Source of the DNA: an uncultured archaeon
GTDB taxonomy: Archaea; Asgardarchaeota; Lokiarchaeia; Sigyniarchaeales; SOKP01
Direction of reading: 5' to 3'
NCBI GenBank assembly: GCA_964525635.1
Contig: CAZGJX010000029.1
Coordinates: forward strand, 1-39,032
DNA: 39,032 nucleotides
Shown piece after piece: positions 1 through 9,992 of this stretch. The position numbers were made by a program, and so were the translations under genes. How positions within the stretch are numbered: position 1 is the stretch's first letter; every line of letters begins with the position of its first letter. The notes under the pieces are model-generated. The model was not told the origin of the DNA, searched no databases, and saw nothing but the letters and a program-made list of their open reading frames with translations.

Positions 1-358
1 CATCTGTATGGACACAAACTAAATCAGGAGGAACAAAACTATAAGATACATAAAGATCTCTTACTAAATCAATAGACTGAGATCTATATGTCATTTCTCT
101 TGGTTGGATAATCTTGTTATTAGCACATTGGATTAAGTCTTCTAAAACTTCAGAATTATCTTTATAATGTTCTGATGCTTTTATCCCAAGGAAGTTTTTC
201 ATAGTATAATTTGTAAGTTTATCAGCAGCATTATTATAATCAATTAATATTAAATCATGTTGTATTTTTTTCCAAACATATGTAGGTGTTTCGATTTTTT
301 TAAAGAATTCAAAATAATTCTTATTATCAATGGTTTGCTTATTAGCTTTATCATTCAA
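1..358 (-). CDS. PAS-domain protein, 5' part (runs off the left edge; probably a sensor kinase or signalling protein)
   Basis: Not in the ORF track. Manual translation from TTG at 358 is open to the edge: LNDKANKQ...EFFKKIETPTYVWKKIQHDLILIDYNNAADKLTNYTMKNFLGIKASEHYKD...SFVPPDLVCVHTD. This has the PAS pattern 'YNNAA...LG'. Confidence 0.75.
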   Translation of the reverse strand, partial: MNDKANKQTIDNKNYFEFFKKIETPTYVWKKIQHDLILIDYNNAADKLTNYTMKNFLGIKASEHYKDNSEVLEDLIQCANNKIIQPREMTYRSQSIDLVRDLYVSYSFVPPDLVCVHTD

Positions 359-717
359 GGTTTTTAAATTCCCTTTTACTCAATATTAGATTTGAAACGT
401 AATATGATAAAATAGTTAGTTAAATATGATGGAAGCAATTTAAATATTTAATTTTTTTTCTAATGAATAAGGGATTTTAGAAAAAATTAATTCGCCTAAA
501 TAAATTTTATTTTTAATATATAAATTTCTATATACTTTAAGCTAATTAAGTTAAAAAATATTGATTAAAGTTAATATTTATAAATGAATTTGCGAATCTC
601 ATTCTGTTAAAATATATTTATGTAAGAAATATTCGAGAAACTTATTTTTTTAAAAATAAAAAAGAAATTTTAAACTTAAAAGATTTGAATTATTATATAA
701 ATATTTTTTTAGAATGA

Positions 718-1977
718 GTGAAAACTATGAGTATATTAGATAAAAAGCAAGAAAATTATGATAAAGTATTACTACTTTATAGTGGAGGATTGGATACTTC
801 TTGCATGATTAAATGGCTCCAAGAGAGGTATGAAACGAAAGTATATACATTCACGGCAGATCTAGGACAAGAATTTGCTGATCCGACTCGATTCAAACAA
901 ATTGAAGAAAAAGCATATAAACTGGGTGCTATAAAACATTTTACAATTGATTGCAAAGAACTATTTGTTAATAATTATGTTTTTCCAACTATAAAAGCTA
1001 ATGGTTTATATCAGGGAATTTATCCTCTTAGTACTTCTATTGGAAGACCTCTTATTGCTATTGAGGCAGTAAAGATAGCTAAAACGGAGGGAATTAGTGT
1101 ATTAGCTCATGGTTGCACTGGAAAAGGAAACGATCAAATCAGACTAAATGTCACAGCAAAAGCATATGCACCTGAAATGAAAGTTCTTCAACCTATGATT
1201 GAATGGAACATGGGAAGAGATGAAGAACTAAAATACGCACAACAGCATGATATTCCTATTTCAAATCAAAATAAAAAATATAGTACTGATGAGAATCTAT
1301 TTGGTAGAAGTGCAGAATGTGATATTTTAGAACATCCTGATGAAATTCCTCCTGAAGATTCTCGAGAATGGACTGTTTCACCACAAGATGCACCTAATGA
1401 ACCAGAATATATTACAATTAATTTTGAAGAGGGTATACCTGTAAGATTAAATAGTGAAAAGCTAAATAGTGTGGATTTAATAAAAAAGATTCATGATATA
1501 GGATGTAAACATGGAGTTGGGAGGATCGAACATATGGAGGACCGAGCAATTGGTTTAAAATCAAGAGAAACTTATGAAGTCCCTGCAGCTATGATATTGA
1601 TCAAAGCTCATAAAGATTTAGAGAAATATGTGTGTACAAAACATGAAAATTCTTTTAAAACAATTGTTGACCAGAAATGGACCGAATTAGTTTATGAAGG
1701 ATTGTGGGTTGATCCTTTAAGAGAAGATTTAGAGGCATTTATCAATGAAATAAATATGAAAGTTACTGGTAAAGTTAAAGTTCAATTATTTAAAGGTAGT
1801 GCCAATGTAGTTGCTAGAGAATCACCATACGGGCTATATGACTTAAATTTAGCAACATATGACACTAAAAGTTCATTTGATCAAAAATTAAGTTATGGAT
1901 TTATTCCACTCTTTGGTTTACAAAGTAGAATGGGTTTTATAACAAAAAAAAAAGTAGAATCCTTGAAAAAAAAATAA
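718..1977 (+). CDS. argG: argininosuccinate synthase
   Basis: Motifs LLYSGGLDTS, AHGCTGKGNDQIR, YSTDENLFGRS, GLKSRETYEVP. True start may be ATG 727 (GAGTGA upstream). Confidence 0.97.
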   Translation: MKTMSILDKKQENYDKVLLLYSGGLDTSCMIKWLQERYETKVYTFTADLGQEFADPTRFKQIEEKAYKLGAIKHFTIDCKELFVNNYVFPTIKANGLYQGIYPLSTSIGRPLIAIEAVKIAKTEGISVLAHGCTGKGNDQIRLNVTAKAYAPEMKVLQPMIEWNMGRDEELKYAQQHDIPISNQNKKYSTDENLFGRSAECDILEHPDEIPPEDSREWTVSPQDAPNEPEYITINFEEGIPVRLNSEKLNSVDLIKKIHDIGCKHGVGRIEHMEDRAIGLKSRETYEVPAAMILIKAHKDLEKYVCTKHENSFKTIVDQKWTELVYEGLWVDPLREDLEAFINEINMKVTGKVKVQLFKGSANVVARESPYGLYDLNLATYDTKSSFDQKLSYGFIPLFGLQSRMGFITKKKVESLKKK

Positions 1978-2373
1978 TATAGTATATATTTCTTTAATTT
2001 TTGTTTTACCATTTTAAAAATAATATAATTATAATATATCTTTGAAAAAGTATGTACTCTTATAATTATTAAAAACAATAAAAATATAATTGAGGAATCT
2101 TTATTTTTTTATGTGAATATCAGACTAATTATTATTGATGTTAAACCTAAAGATAAGGGCCCTTTTAAGGGGCAAATTAATATATAGCTATATTTAATAT
2201 TCAATTAAAATTCATCCGTAAATATTACTCTGATCTTTCAATTTCTTATTTTAATGTTTACTAATCCTAAAGATGAAATCTATTGAGATTTAATTAGCGT
2301 ACAAATCAGGAATGGTAGGATATACGTATTTAGATGTTTCTTAATATAGGAAAGATCAATTTAGGTCAATTAG

Positions 2374-2385
2374 AATAGCGCTATT
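2374..2385. promoter_or_regulatory. perfect 12-bp palindrome AATAGCGCTATT upstream of dapA; possible operator
   Basis: Palindrome seen directly. A second one, ATATAGCTATAT, lies at 2182-2193. Function is inferred only. Confidence 0.25.
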
Positions 2386-2599
2386 GACAAAGCATTTAAA
2401 TAAAATCCCTCCTTATTAGTATATTAAATATATATTAAAATAAAAAGGTTTTATTGAAAAAATTGGTATTATAAGCGAAATTTATAAACAAAATTATTGA
2501 GTTATTATAGTAATATTAAAATCATAATTATAAAAATATCAATAAAAAAACCTTATAGTTTATAATAAAATATAAAATTAGAAAAAAAAATAGATTAAA

Positions 2600-3496
2600 A
2601 TGAAAACAGATAAATTGAAAAATGTAATCACAGCTATGGTTACACCTTTCAAAGAAGATTTTTCCATTGATGAGGATAAATATAGAGAATTCATTAGATT
2701 TCAAATTAATAATGGGTGTCAATTATTATCAATGGGAACAACAGGTGAGAGTGCAACTCTATCTCATGAAGAACATCACATAGCTATTGATATTACAGTT
2801 GATGAAGCAAAAAAAAGTGGGAAAGATCCTTTTGTTTTAGCAGGAGCCGGAAGTAATTCTACTAAAGAGGCTATTTCTCTAAGTCAATATGCAGAAAAAG
2901 CAGGGGTAGATGGTATTTTGCAAGTTGTTCCCTATTATAATAAACCAGTACAGCACTCTTTATTTGATCATTTTTGTGCTATAGCAGATTCCGTTTCATT
3001 ACCAATTATATTGTATAATGTTCCAAGCAGGACAGTAAGAAATTTAGATCCTGAAACAGTTTCAAAATTATCATATGCGAAAGATAATATCGTTGGAATT
3101 AAAGAAGCTAGTGGTAATATGGATCAAATCACGAAAATAATTAACTCAACTCCTGATGATTTTATTGTTTTGAGTGGTGATGATGCAACTACTTATCATC
3201 TAATGTCTTTAGGAGGAATAGGTGCAATAAGTGTTACTTCAAATATTATACCAAAACAAATGTTCGAATTCATTAATAAAATGAACAATGGTAATTGGAA
3301 CGAAGCAAGAAAAATGCAATTTGAATTATATGATCTTTTTAAAGTATTGTTCATCGAAACAAATCCAGGACCTGTCAAATATTCTGCTAATTTGTTAAAT
3401 ATTATGAATGGAAGGTTAAGAATGCCCCTCACTCCTCCATTAGAGGAAAATCAGAAAAAAATAAGAGAAGTATTACAGAAATTAAATTTAATTTAA
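2600..3496 (+). CDS. dapA: 4-hydroxy-tetrahydrodipicolinate synthase
   Basis: TAMVTPF, GTTGES, PYYNKP, LYNVPSRT, GIKEASG (Schiff-base Lys); adjacent to dapB. Confidence 0.96.
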   Translation: MKTDKLKNVITAMVTPFKEDFSIDEDKYREFIRFQINNGCQLLSMGTTGESATLSHEEHHIAIDITVDEAKKSGKDPFVLAGAGSNSTKEAISLSQYAEKAGVDGILQVVPYYNKPVQHSLFDHFCAIADSVSLPIILYNVPSRTVRNLDPETVSKLSYAKDNIVGIKEASGNMDQITKIINSTPDDFIVLSGDDATTYHLMSLGGIGAISVTSNIIPKQMFEFINKMNNGNWNEARKMQFELYDLFKVLFIETNPGPVKYSANLLNIMNGRLRMPLTPPLEENQKKIREVLQKLNLI

Positions 3497-3521
3497 CTTC
3501 ATTATAAATTGGTGATATTAT

Positions 3522-4343
3522 TTGATAAATTTATTGATTTTGGGTCCAACTGGCTCAGTGGGTAAATTAATAAGTCAATTAGCTATAGAAGATACGGAAA
3601 TTAATGTTGTTGCTGCATGTGATATTACTAATATCGGTGAGTCGATTGAAAATGTAGTTAATGTGAAAGATCCAAATAAATTACTTATTTCAAATCTGAA
3701 AGAACTTCGATCCATCATAGATAAGACTAAACCTGATGTAGCTGTAGACTTTACTATCGCTGAAGCAACGGAAAATAATTGTGTATTATGCGTTAAGAAT
3801 GGTGTTCGATGTGTGATCGGAACAACGGGATTATCAGATGGTTTTTTAAAACAATTTGAACAATTAATCGCAGAAAATAATGCTCCTGCTATTATATCCT
3901 CAAATATGGCCACAGGTGTAAACGTATTTTTTAAAATGTTATCTATTCTCTCTCCTTACTTAAAAGAATGGGATATTGAAGTCATCGAAAGTCATCATCA
4001 TAGAAAAGTAGATTCTCCCAGTGGAACCGCATTAACTGCTGGAAAAATTATATGTTCATCAATAGGATGTGATCTTGATAATGTTGCTCGGTTTGGAAGG
4101 GATAAAGGACCAAATAAACGAAAAATTGGAGCTTTAAACGAAATTGGCTTTCATTCTATAAGAGCAGGCGATATAATTGGAGATCATACTATTCTTTATG
4201 CAGGTCCTGGAGAACGAATTGAATTTAAACATCAAGCTCATAGTAGAAAATGTTTTGCCACTGGAGCAATTAAAGCAATAAAATTCATTTCAAAAGCTAA
4301 GGAAAATAAGATTTACACAACAAGAGAAGTTTTAGGATTATAG
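3522..4343 (+). CDS. dapB: 4-hydroxy-tetrahydrodipicolinate reductase
   Basis: VDFT, IGTTG, ESHHHRKVDSPSGTA, HSIRAGDIIGDH. TTG start preceded by GGTGA. Confidence 0.96.
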   Translation: MINLLILGPTGSVGKLISQLAIEDTEINVVAACDITNIGESIENVVNVKDPNKLLISNLKELRSIIDKTKPDVAVDFTIAEATENNCVLCVKNGVRCVIGTTGLSDGFLKQFEQLIAENNAPAIISSNMATGVNVFFKMLSILSPYLKEWDIEVIESHHHRKVDSPSGTALTAGKIICSSIGCDLDNVARFGRDKGPNKRKIGALNEIGFHSIRAGDIIGDHTILYAGPGERIEFKHQAHSRKCFATGAIKAIKFISKAKENKIYTTREVLGL

Positions 4344-4490
4344 AATTCTATTTTTAAAATTAATATAATCCTCTCGTATGAAAGGTATATTATTTTAAAT
4401 TTATACACAATAAAAAAAGAAGAATGAGATTATAATTACTTTTTTTTTACCACTTTATTCTATTAAAAATTCTCAAGGGAAAATAAATAT

Positions 4491-5804
4491 TTAATTGAGA
4501 TGTTCTGGAATTATTTGTTTTTCTAATAAATCATCAAATGTTTCTGCGCTTCTTATCAAGAAGGTTTTTTTATTATTAATTAAAACTTCTGCTGGTCTTG
4601 GTCGCGAATTGTACACACTTGTCATTGTATAACCATATGCTCCAGTATCGAGAATTGCTAGATAATCCTCTTCTTTTAAATCTAATAATTCTCTATCTCT
4701 CCCAAGAACATCTCCAGATTCACAAATTGGCCCAGTAATATCATATTTTAATTTATTTTTCCTTTCATTTTTATTGCATAACAGAATATGATGATAACTA
4801 TTATAAAATGCAGGTCTAATTAATGTATTAAATCCAGCATTTACTCCAGCAAATCTTTTAAATCCATTATTTTTAATAGTGTTTATTTGCGTCAAAATAA
4901 TACTTGATTCTCCAACCAAGAAACGTCCAGGTTCGAATTTAAGGATTGGATTACCAATCTTTCCTTTTTCGATTAATTCAATAAATGGTTCAATTACATT
5001 TTCTTTATAAACATTAAGATCTATTGGATCTTGATCAGGTTGGTACGGTATACCCAAACTACCTCCAAAATCTATGAATTCAAATTCTATATTGAGATTT
5101 TCTGCTAATTTTTTTACAATATCTAAGTATCTTTTAATTGGCTTTATATAATCATTTGGATCTAGAACTCCAGATCCTACATGAATATGTGTTCCAAATT
5201 TTTTAAATCCAAACTCCTTTGCTTTAGTATATGCCTCAATAACTTGATTATCCAATATCCCAAATTTTATATCTTTCCCCGCAGTAATTGTGTGAGAATG
5301 ATGCCCTGCTCCAAATTCAGGATTAATTCTGAATGAGATACAGTTCTTTTCTTCTTTAAAATCATCATAGACTTTCACCAATCTATTTAATTGGCTTATA
5401 CTATCTAGATTCACATGAATGCCCTTTTCAACGGCATATTTAAAATCATCATTAGTAAACATATTGCCTGTATAAATTATCTTTTCTGGAGAATATCCTG
5501 CTTTAAAACTAGTATATACTTCACCAACAGAAGTACAGTCTACACCTGCACCTTCTGATTGAAGTATTTTCAATATTGCTAAATTTGAATTAGCTTTTAC
5601 TGAAAAATATATTTTATTTTTCTTATATTCTGAATCAATTACGTTCTTAAGAATTCTATATCTATCTCGTATTGTTTGTTCATTAATAATGTACAAAGGC
5701 GTTCCATACTCCTCAGCTAATTCATTTGTATCCATTTCAGCAAAATATAATCTATTATCAATATATTTTAGATTTTTATGCTTTAACCATTGTTCAAATT
5801 CCAT
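4491..5804 (-). CDS. lysA: diaminopimelate decarboxylase
   Basis: YGTPLY, FSVKAN (PLP Lys), HIHVGS, EPGRFLV, GPICESGD, GAYG. Confidence 0.96.
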   Translation of the reverse strand: MEFEQWLKHKNLKYIDNRLYFAEMDTNELAEEYGTPLYIINEQTIRDRYRILKNVIDSEYKKNKIYFSVKANSNLAILKILQSEGAGVDCTSVGEVYTSFKAGYSPEKIIYTGNMFTNDDFKYAVEKGIHVNLDSISQLNRLVKVYDDFKEEKNCISFRINPEFGAGHHSHTITAGKDIKFGILDNQVIEAYTKAKEFGFKKFGTHIHVGSGVLDPNDYIKPIKRYLDIVKKLAENLNIEFEFIDFGGSLGIPYQPDQDPIDLNVYKENVIEPFIELIEKGKIGNPILKFEPGRFLVGESSIILTQINTIKNNGFKRFAGVNAGFNTLIRPAFYNSYHHILLCNKNERKNKLKYDITGPICESGDVLGRDRELLDLKEEDYLAILDTGAYGYTMTSVYNSRPRPAEVLINNKKTFLIRSAETFDDLLEKQIIPEHLN

Positions 5805-5860
5805 TTAATATCACTTCTTTATTATTATAAAATCTTATTGAAATCTTACTTTGAGGAATG

Positions 5861-6751
5861 TTAAAATTTAATTTTATCAATTTTTCCAATAAATACTTTT
5901 TCAACGGGACCTTCTAAAAATGTACTAAGTCCTGTATAATTAATTATTAAATCTCCTCCATCATTATGTACAGTAACAGGTACGGATTTTCTAAATTCAC
6001 CTAAGACTACACCTGCTACAACAGAAGCACAACTACCAGTCCCACATGAATTAGTAATTCCTACACCTCTTTCAAATACCCTCATATTACATTCATTTTT
6101 TGAAATGATTTGTACAAATTCAACATTTGTTTTATTAGGAAAACGTTCATGGGCCTCTATTGCCGAGCCATATTTATTTAAATCATTATTATCTAGTTGA
6201 TTTTTTACAAAGATTACCACATGGGGATTACCCATTGAGATAGCTGAAAAATTAAATATTTTATCTAATACTACTATAGATTGATTTATACATTCAAATT
6301 CATTGTTTTTTGGGATAACTGGTATTTCCTCACATTCTAATGTAGGAAGACCCATATCGATCTGAACACTACTTACTATTTTACTATATTTACTTTTAAA
6401 AGTCAATTTAGCTGAGATTATGCCCTTTAAAGTCTCAATTTCTATTATTTCTTTTTCTATTATGTTATGCTCATAGATATATTTTGAAAAACATCTAATA
6501 CCATTACCACACATTTCTGCTTCAGAACCATCACTATTAAAAATTCTCATTCTTATGTCTGCTTTTTCAGATTTACATATGAAAATCAAACCATCTGCTC
6601 CAATTTCAAAATTTCGTTTACATAATTTTTTAACTAAATCAGATTTCTTTTCTTCTGGTAAATTAAGCTCAATATCATCAATTAGAATATAATCATTTCC
6701 TAAACCATGATATTTTTCAAAATGAAGATTTTCTAGAGTAATAGAATTCAT
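5861..6751 (-). CDS. dapF: diaminopimelate epimerase
   Basis: KYHGLGNDY, NSDGSEAEMCGNG, MGNPH, ERGVGITNSCGTG (two catalytic Cys). Confidence 0.96.
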   Translation of the reverse strand: MNSITLENLHFEKYHGLGNDYILIDDIELNLPEEKKSDLVKKLCKRNFEIGADGLIFICKSEKADIRMRIFNSDGSEAEMCGNGIRCFSKYIYEHNIIEKEIIEIETLKGIISAKLTFKSKYSKIVSSVQIDMGLPTLECEEIPVIPKNNEFECINQSIVVLDKIFNFSAISMGNPHVVIFVKNQLDNNDLNKYGSAIEAHERFPNKTNVEFVQIISKNECNMRVFERGVGITNSCGTGSCASVVAGVVLGEFRKSVPVTVHNDGGDLIINYTGLSTFLEGPVEKVFIGKIDKIKF

Positions 6752-6826
6752 TAATATTCAATTAATTCGCTAATTAATTTTAATAAAATAGTAAGTTATT
6801 AATATTAATAAAACTATATAAATATT

Positions 6827-7822
6827 ATGAGTGTCAATGACACTCTGACATATTATAAATATAGATACAAAATGTCTTTAAAAACAAAAGAAAATAATTT
6901 ATTGAAAATATTACAAAAAACTGGTCTCAATTATAATGAAGCATTAGTTTATTTCGCTCTTTTAAAAACAGGTCCAAAAGGAAGTATTGTAAAAGAATTA
7001 ACTCATGCTTTACCAATTCAAAGAACCAATATATATTCAATTTTACATAAATTAATTAAAGTAGGATGCGTGAAAGAAAGTGGTTTTGCTGAAAAATCTA
7101 AAAATGCAACTATATATATCGCGACAGATCCACTCACATATTTAAAACAACTTATTAACATCAAGCAAAAAGAGTTTGAAAATATTAAGAGAATTCAGGA
7201 AACTTATTCTGAAGTCCTACAGTCTATTTTTCTCGAAGGGCTTGAATATCCATATGATGATATAGCTTCAATCCTTAAACCTTACTTAAGACCATTAATT
7301 GAAAATGGATGGAAAATAAAATCATATATTGAGAGAAATGAAACTTTAATTTTTTATTATAAAGTGTATGATTGCATGCTTTTTACAAAAAAAGCTAAAA
7401 TTTTGAAAGATTGTAGTTTTCACATGTTTCTTTTTGAGTATAGTATTGAAGATGATGAAAATGCTTTAATTTTTTTTTCACAAGGTCTTAAGAGAAAAAC
7501 AAAAGAAATGAAATCTTACTTCTTTGATATTAAAGAATTTGAATTAATTGATGATTCAGTTGAATTATTTGGGAAATCATTTCCTATATTTAATATGAAA
7601 GTAAAAGTAAAAGATATTAAAAATTCTAATTATTTTTTAAAAAATTCTCATACATTCAAAGAAATTGAAACACTGAGTTCAAATGGATTTTATGAAATTG
7701 GTAAAGCTGTTATTTTACCTATAAAAAATAAAATATTTTATTTATGGGCAGAATCCGATATAATTTTAAAAGAATTGATTGAACCAATTATTAAATTAGA
7801 ATATAACCGTTCTGTCAAATAG
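6827..7822 (+). CDS. TrmB-family HTH transcriptional regulator
   Basis: N-terminal LQKTGLNYNEALVYFALL...IQRTNIYSILHKLIKVG winged helix. C-terminal domain not recognised. Divergent from dapF-lysA. Start may be ATG 6872. Confidence 0.75.
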   Translation: MSVNDTLTYYKYRYKMSLKTKENNLLKILQKTGLNYNEALVYFALLKTGPKGSIVKELTHALPIQRTNIYSILHKLIKVGCVKESGFAEKSKNATIYIATDPLTYLKQLINIKQKEFENIKRIQETYSEVLQSIFLEGLEYPYDDIASILKPYLRPLIENGWKIKSYIERNETLIFYYKVYDCMLFTKKAKILKDCSFHMFLFEYSIEDDENALIFFSQGLKRKTKEMKSYFFDIKEFELIDDSVELFGKSFPIFNMKVKVKDIKNSNYFLKNSHTFKEIETLSSNGFYEIGKAVILPIKNKIFYLWAESDIILKELIEPIIKLEYNRSVK

Positions 7823-7859
7823 ATAAAAATGATATAAATTCATATAGTTTATCACTTTA

Positions 7860-7952
7860 ACTTGCATCTCAAATAAGTGTTCATTGACTCACAGAGCTCT
7901 CCCTCCCTTATTATCATCAATTACCTTTCAGCGGGAACGGGACTCGCTACAT
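7860..7952 (-). mobile_element. possible relic of an IS200/IS605-family tnpB 3' end (omega/sot-RNA region)
   Basis: GC-rich island. Minus strand reads ATGTAGCGAGTCCCGTTCCCGCTGAAAGGTAATTGATGATAATAAGGGAGGGAGAG, resembling (from recall) archaeal TnpB tails of the 'MW.VPVP.ES..M' type. No transposase or RuvC ORF present. Confidence 0.35.
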
Positions 7953-8214
7953 TCTGATAGAGTTCAAAGTCATTATCTTCTGGAATACTCCAGAAACATC
8001 GATTTTGTTTTGTTTTTATCGTACCAATGAAATATGAATTGAAATTTCTTCCCAATTTTTCTTTTACTCCTGAAATATGAGTAATTTTCCCCAATTGAGG
8101 GATATCCTCTTTTATTTTTTATACATGTTCTATTGGATGTGTGTTTACATTTTCTTATTCTCTCTTATAATTGACCTCTGTTATGATTTTATCTATAAGA
8201 AATAGAAAATTCAT
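7921..8214 (-). pseudogene. probable decayed gene fragment, family unknown
   Basis: One frame from ATG 8214 reads MNFLFLIDKIITEVNYKRE*ENVNTHPIEHV*KIKEDIPQLGKITHISGVKEKLGRNFNSYFIGTIKTKQNRCFWSIPEDNDFELYQN..., protein-like but with two in-frame TAA (8157-8155, 8121-8119). Confidence 0.35.
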
Positions 8215-8377
8215 TTTAAAACCATAGAGAATGAAAAATTTCTAATTTAGTAAATGGATATGAAGAAATTGTAGTTAAAACATAGATATAGAAAACATAA
8301 GAGAGATAGGAGAAATTATATTAAAATTATTCAAATTTATTTACATTTTATGAACTATTGAAGAACCCTTAATAAAA

Positions 8378-9739
8378 CTAGTTTGATGGATAGTATTGTT
8401 TTACTGAATCTTTACTTAAATAGCATGCAATCACTAAACCAATTATTGTGAATGAGATTGCTAAATTAGAAAGTATACAAGCTCTCCATAGTATTCTGTT
8501 TTTGAAAATCAATCCAAGAATTAGTATTATACACCATATAGAAATTATAAAATGCATAATACCTACAACAAGCAGTATATCCCCAAAAACTTCAGGACTC
8601 ATAAATCCTGAATCATCTCCTGATCCATAATCCCCAAAAAGAAGGACTACTACTGCTTGATTGAGAAAAATTCCAAGTATTAATAATATAATACCTAATA
8701 TTGCGAGTAAAAAGAGCCAAAGGCATGTAATTAATATATATACATTAAATCTTTGAATAAATATTGCATAAATTCCAATAAAAAAACCAAATATACTCAG
8801 GAGCAATAGGGAAATTCCTATAATAAAGAAATCTACAGAATCTATCATAGTTTGATCAATACCTTCAAATCCTAATAAGAAATGAGCTATATCCTTCTGG
8901 AAAATCAAACAAAATATACCAAGACATAATAATAGTACACTTAAAAATATAAACATACCTGCCACAATATAGAGCCAAATATTGCTCGATCTCACCTTTT
9001 TTACAAAATTTTCTTTTGGAAAATTAAAATCATGAGTTGATAAAGTAAGTAACATGAATGGCACTCCCCAATATAGAAATAAGTATAGAATTGCTCCAGC
9101 ATCGGAATGGAGTGTTAAACCGTGTCCTAAAAGATAATATAATATAAGAAATAATGTAACATGCCCAACCATTATTAAAAATGTTATTTTTGAAGTTTTT
9201 ATCATATATACCGCAAATACAAAAATAAAAAGTATCAATAAACTGAATCCTACTATTATTGCTATCGTAGGATTTGCGTTAATTGCTCCATCTCTCCATA
9301 TATTAATAAAACCATCTAAATTAAAAGTTACTCCGTTGTAATCCCCAACTGGTGGGATTAGAATAAATTGATCTGCTCTATAATTTATAATGGCATCCAA
9401 ATAATTATGTAGGATTCCTCCTGCTGCAACTAAATAAAATGTATTTAGATATGAAAGGTGGTGTTCATTATTTTCAATGAGTTCTGTTTTATGATATTTA
9501 AGTTTTATAGAAAATTTAGTAAAATAGTGATAAGGCATTGCTAATATAATGCTAAATATAAGCCATCCTAAATATGAATGTGAAAAATGACCCATTCCTA
9601 AAACCCATCCTAAATCTGGGCCTAAATAATTACATAGAAATAGAATAAGTATATGATATTTTGAAAATTTTTTGTTACTAATATAATATAAACATACTCC
9701 AATAATTCCACCAAGAATCAAATGAGCAAGAGTTGGCAT
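8378..9739 (-). CDS. polytopic membrane protein with N-terminal metal-dependent hydrolase-like (YdjM/DUF457-type) motifs
   Basis: MPTLAH, GPD, HFSHS and GGILHNYLD motifs; many hydrophobic helices. Confidence 0.65.
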   Translation of the reverse strand: MPTLAHLILGGIIGVCLYYISNKKFSKYHILILFLCNYLGPDLGWVLGMGHFSHSYLGWLIFSIILAMPYHYFTKFSIKLKYHKTELIENNEHHLSYLNTFYLVAAGGILHNYLDAIINYRADQFILIPPVGDYNGVTFNLDGFINIWRDGAINANPTIAIIVGFSLLILFIFVFAVYMIKTSKITFLIMVGHVTLFLILYYLLGHGLTLHSDAGAILYLFLYWGVPFMLLTLSTHDFNFPKENFVKKVRSSNIWLYIVAGMFIFLSVLLLCLGIFCLIFQKDIAHFLLGFEGIDQTMIDSVDFFIIGISLLLLSIFGFFIGIYAIFIQRFNVYILITCLWLFLLAILGIILLILGIFLNQAVVVLLFGDYGSGDDSGFMSPEVFGDILLVVGIMHFIISIWCIILILGLIFKNRILWRACILSNLAISFTIIGLVIACYLSKDSVKQYYPSN

Positions 9740-9992
9740 AATAGTAACATTAACTATTATAATTAATAAAGGTGATCATTTTTGAACTAATAATTTCATA
9801 TAATTTATCGAATTCGAAAATTGTAAGTTTAAAACCCGACAAAATAAAAGTGGTTTTGTTTTAATTATTGAAGAAACTTAAAATTATATTCAATAATATA
9901 AAGATATTATATCTTATGTTCAATTAATTTATGAAGAATGTAATATTAAAGAATATATTACTAATTATATACTGAATTACTTGTTATTATAA

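Noticed and set aside
2231-2358. SRP or RNase P RNA (rod-like pairing, CAGG)
   Set aside because: No helix-8 or P4 consensus, and too AT-rich.
2200-2390. Lysine riboswitch upstream of dapA (AGCGCTAT and GAAAG resemble parts of it)
   Set aside because: The AGAGG.GC 5' strand, GCCGAA and ACTGTC elements are missing.
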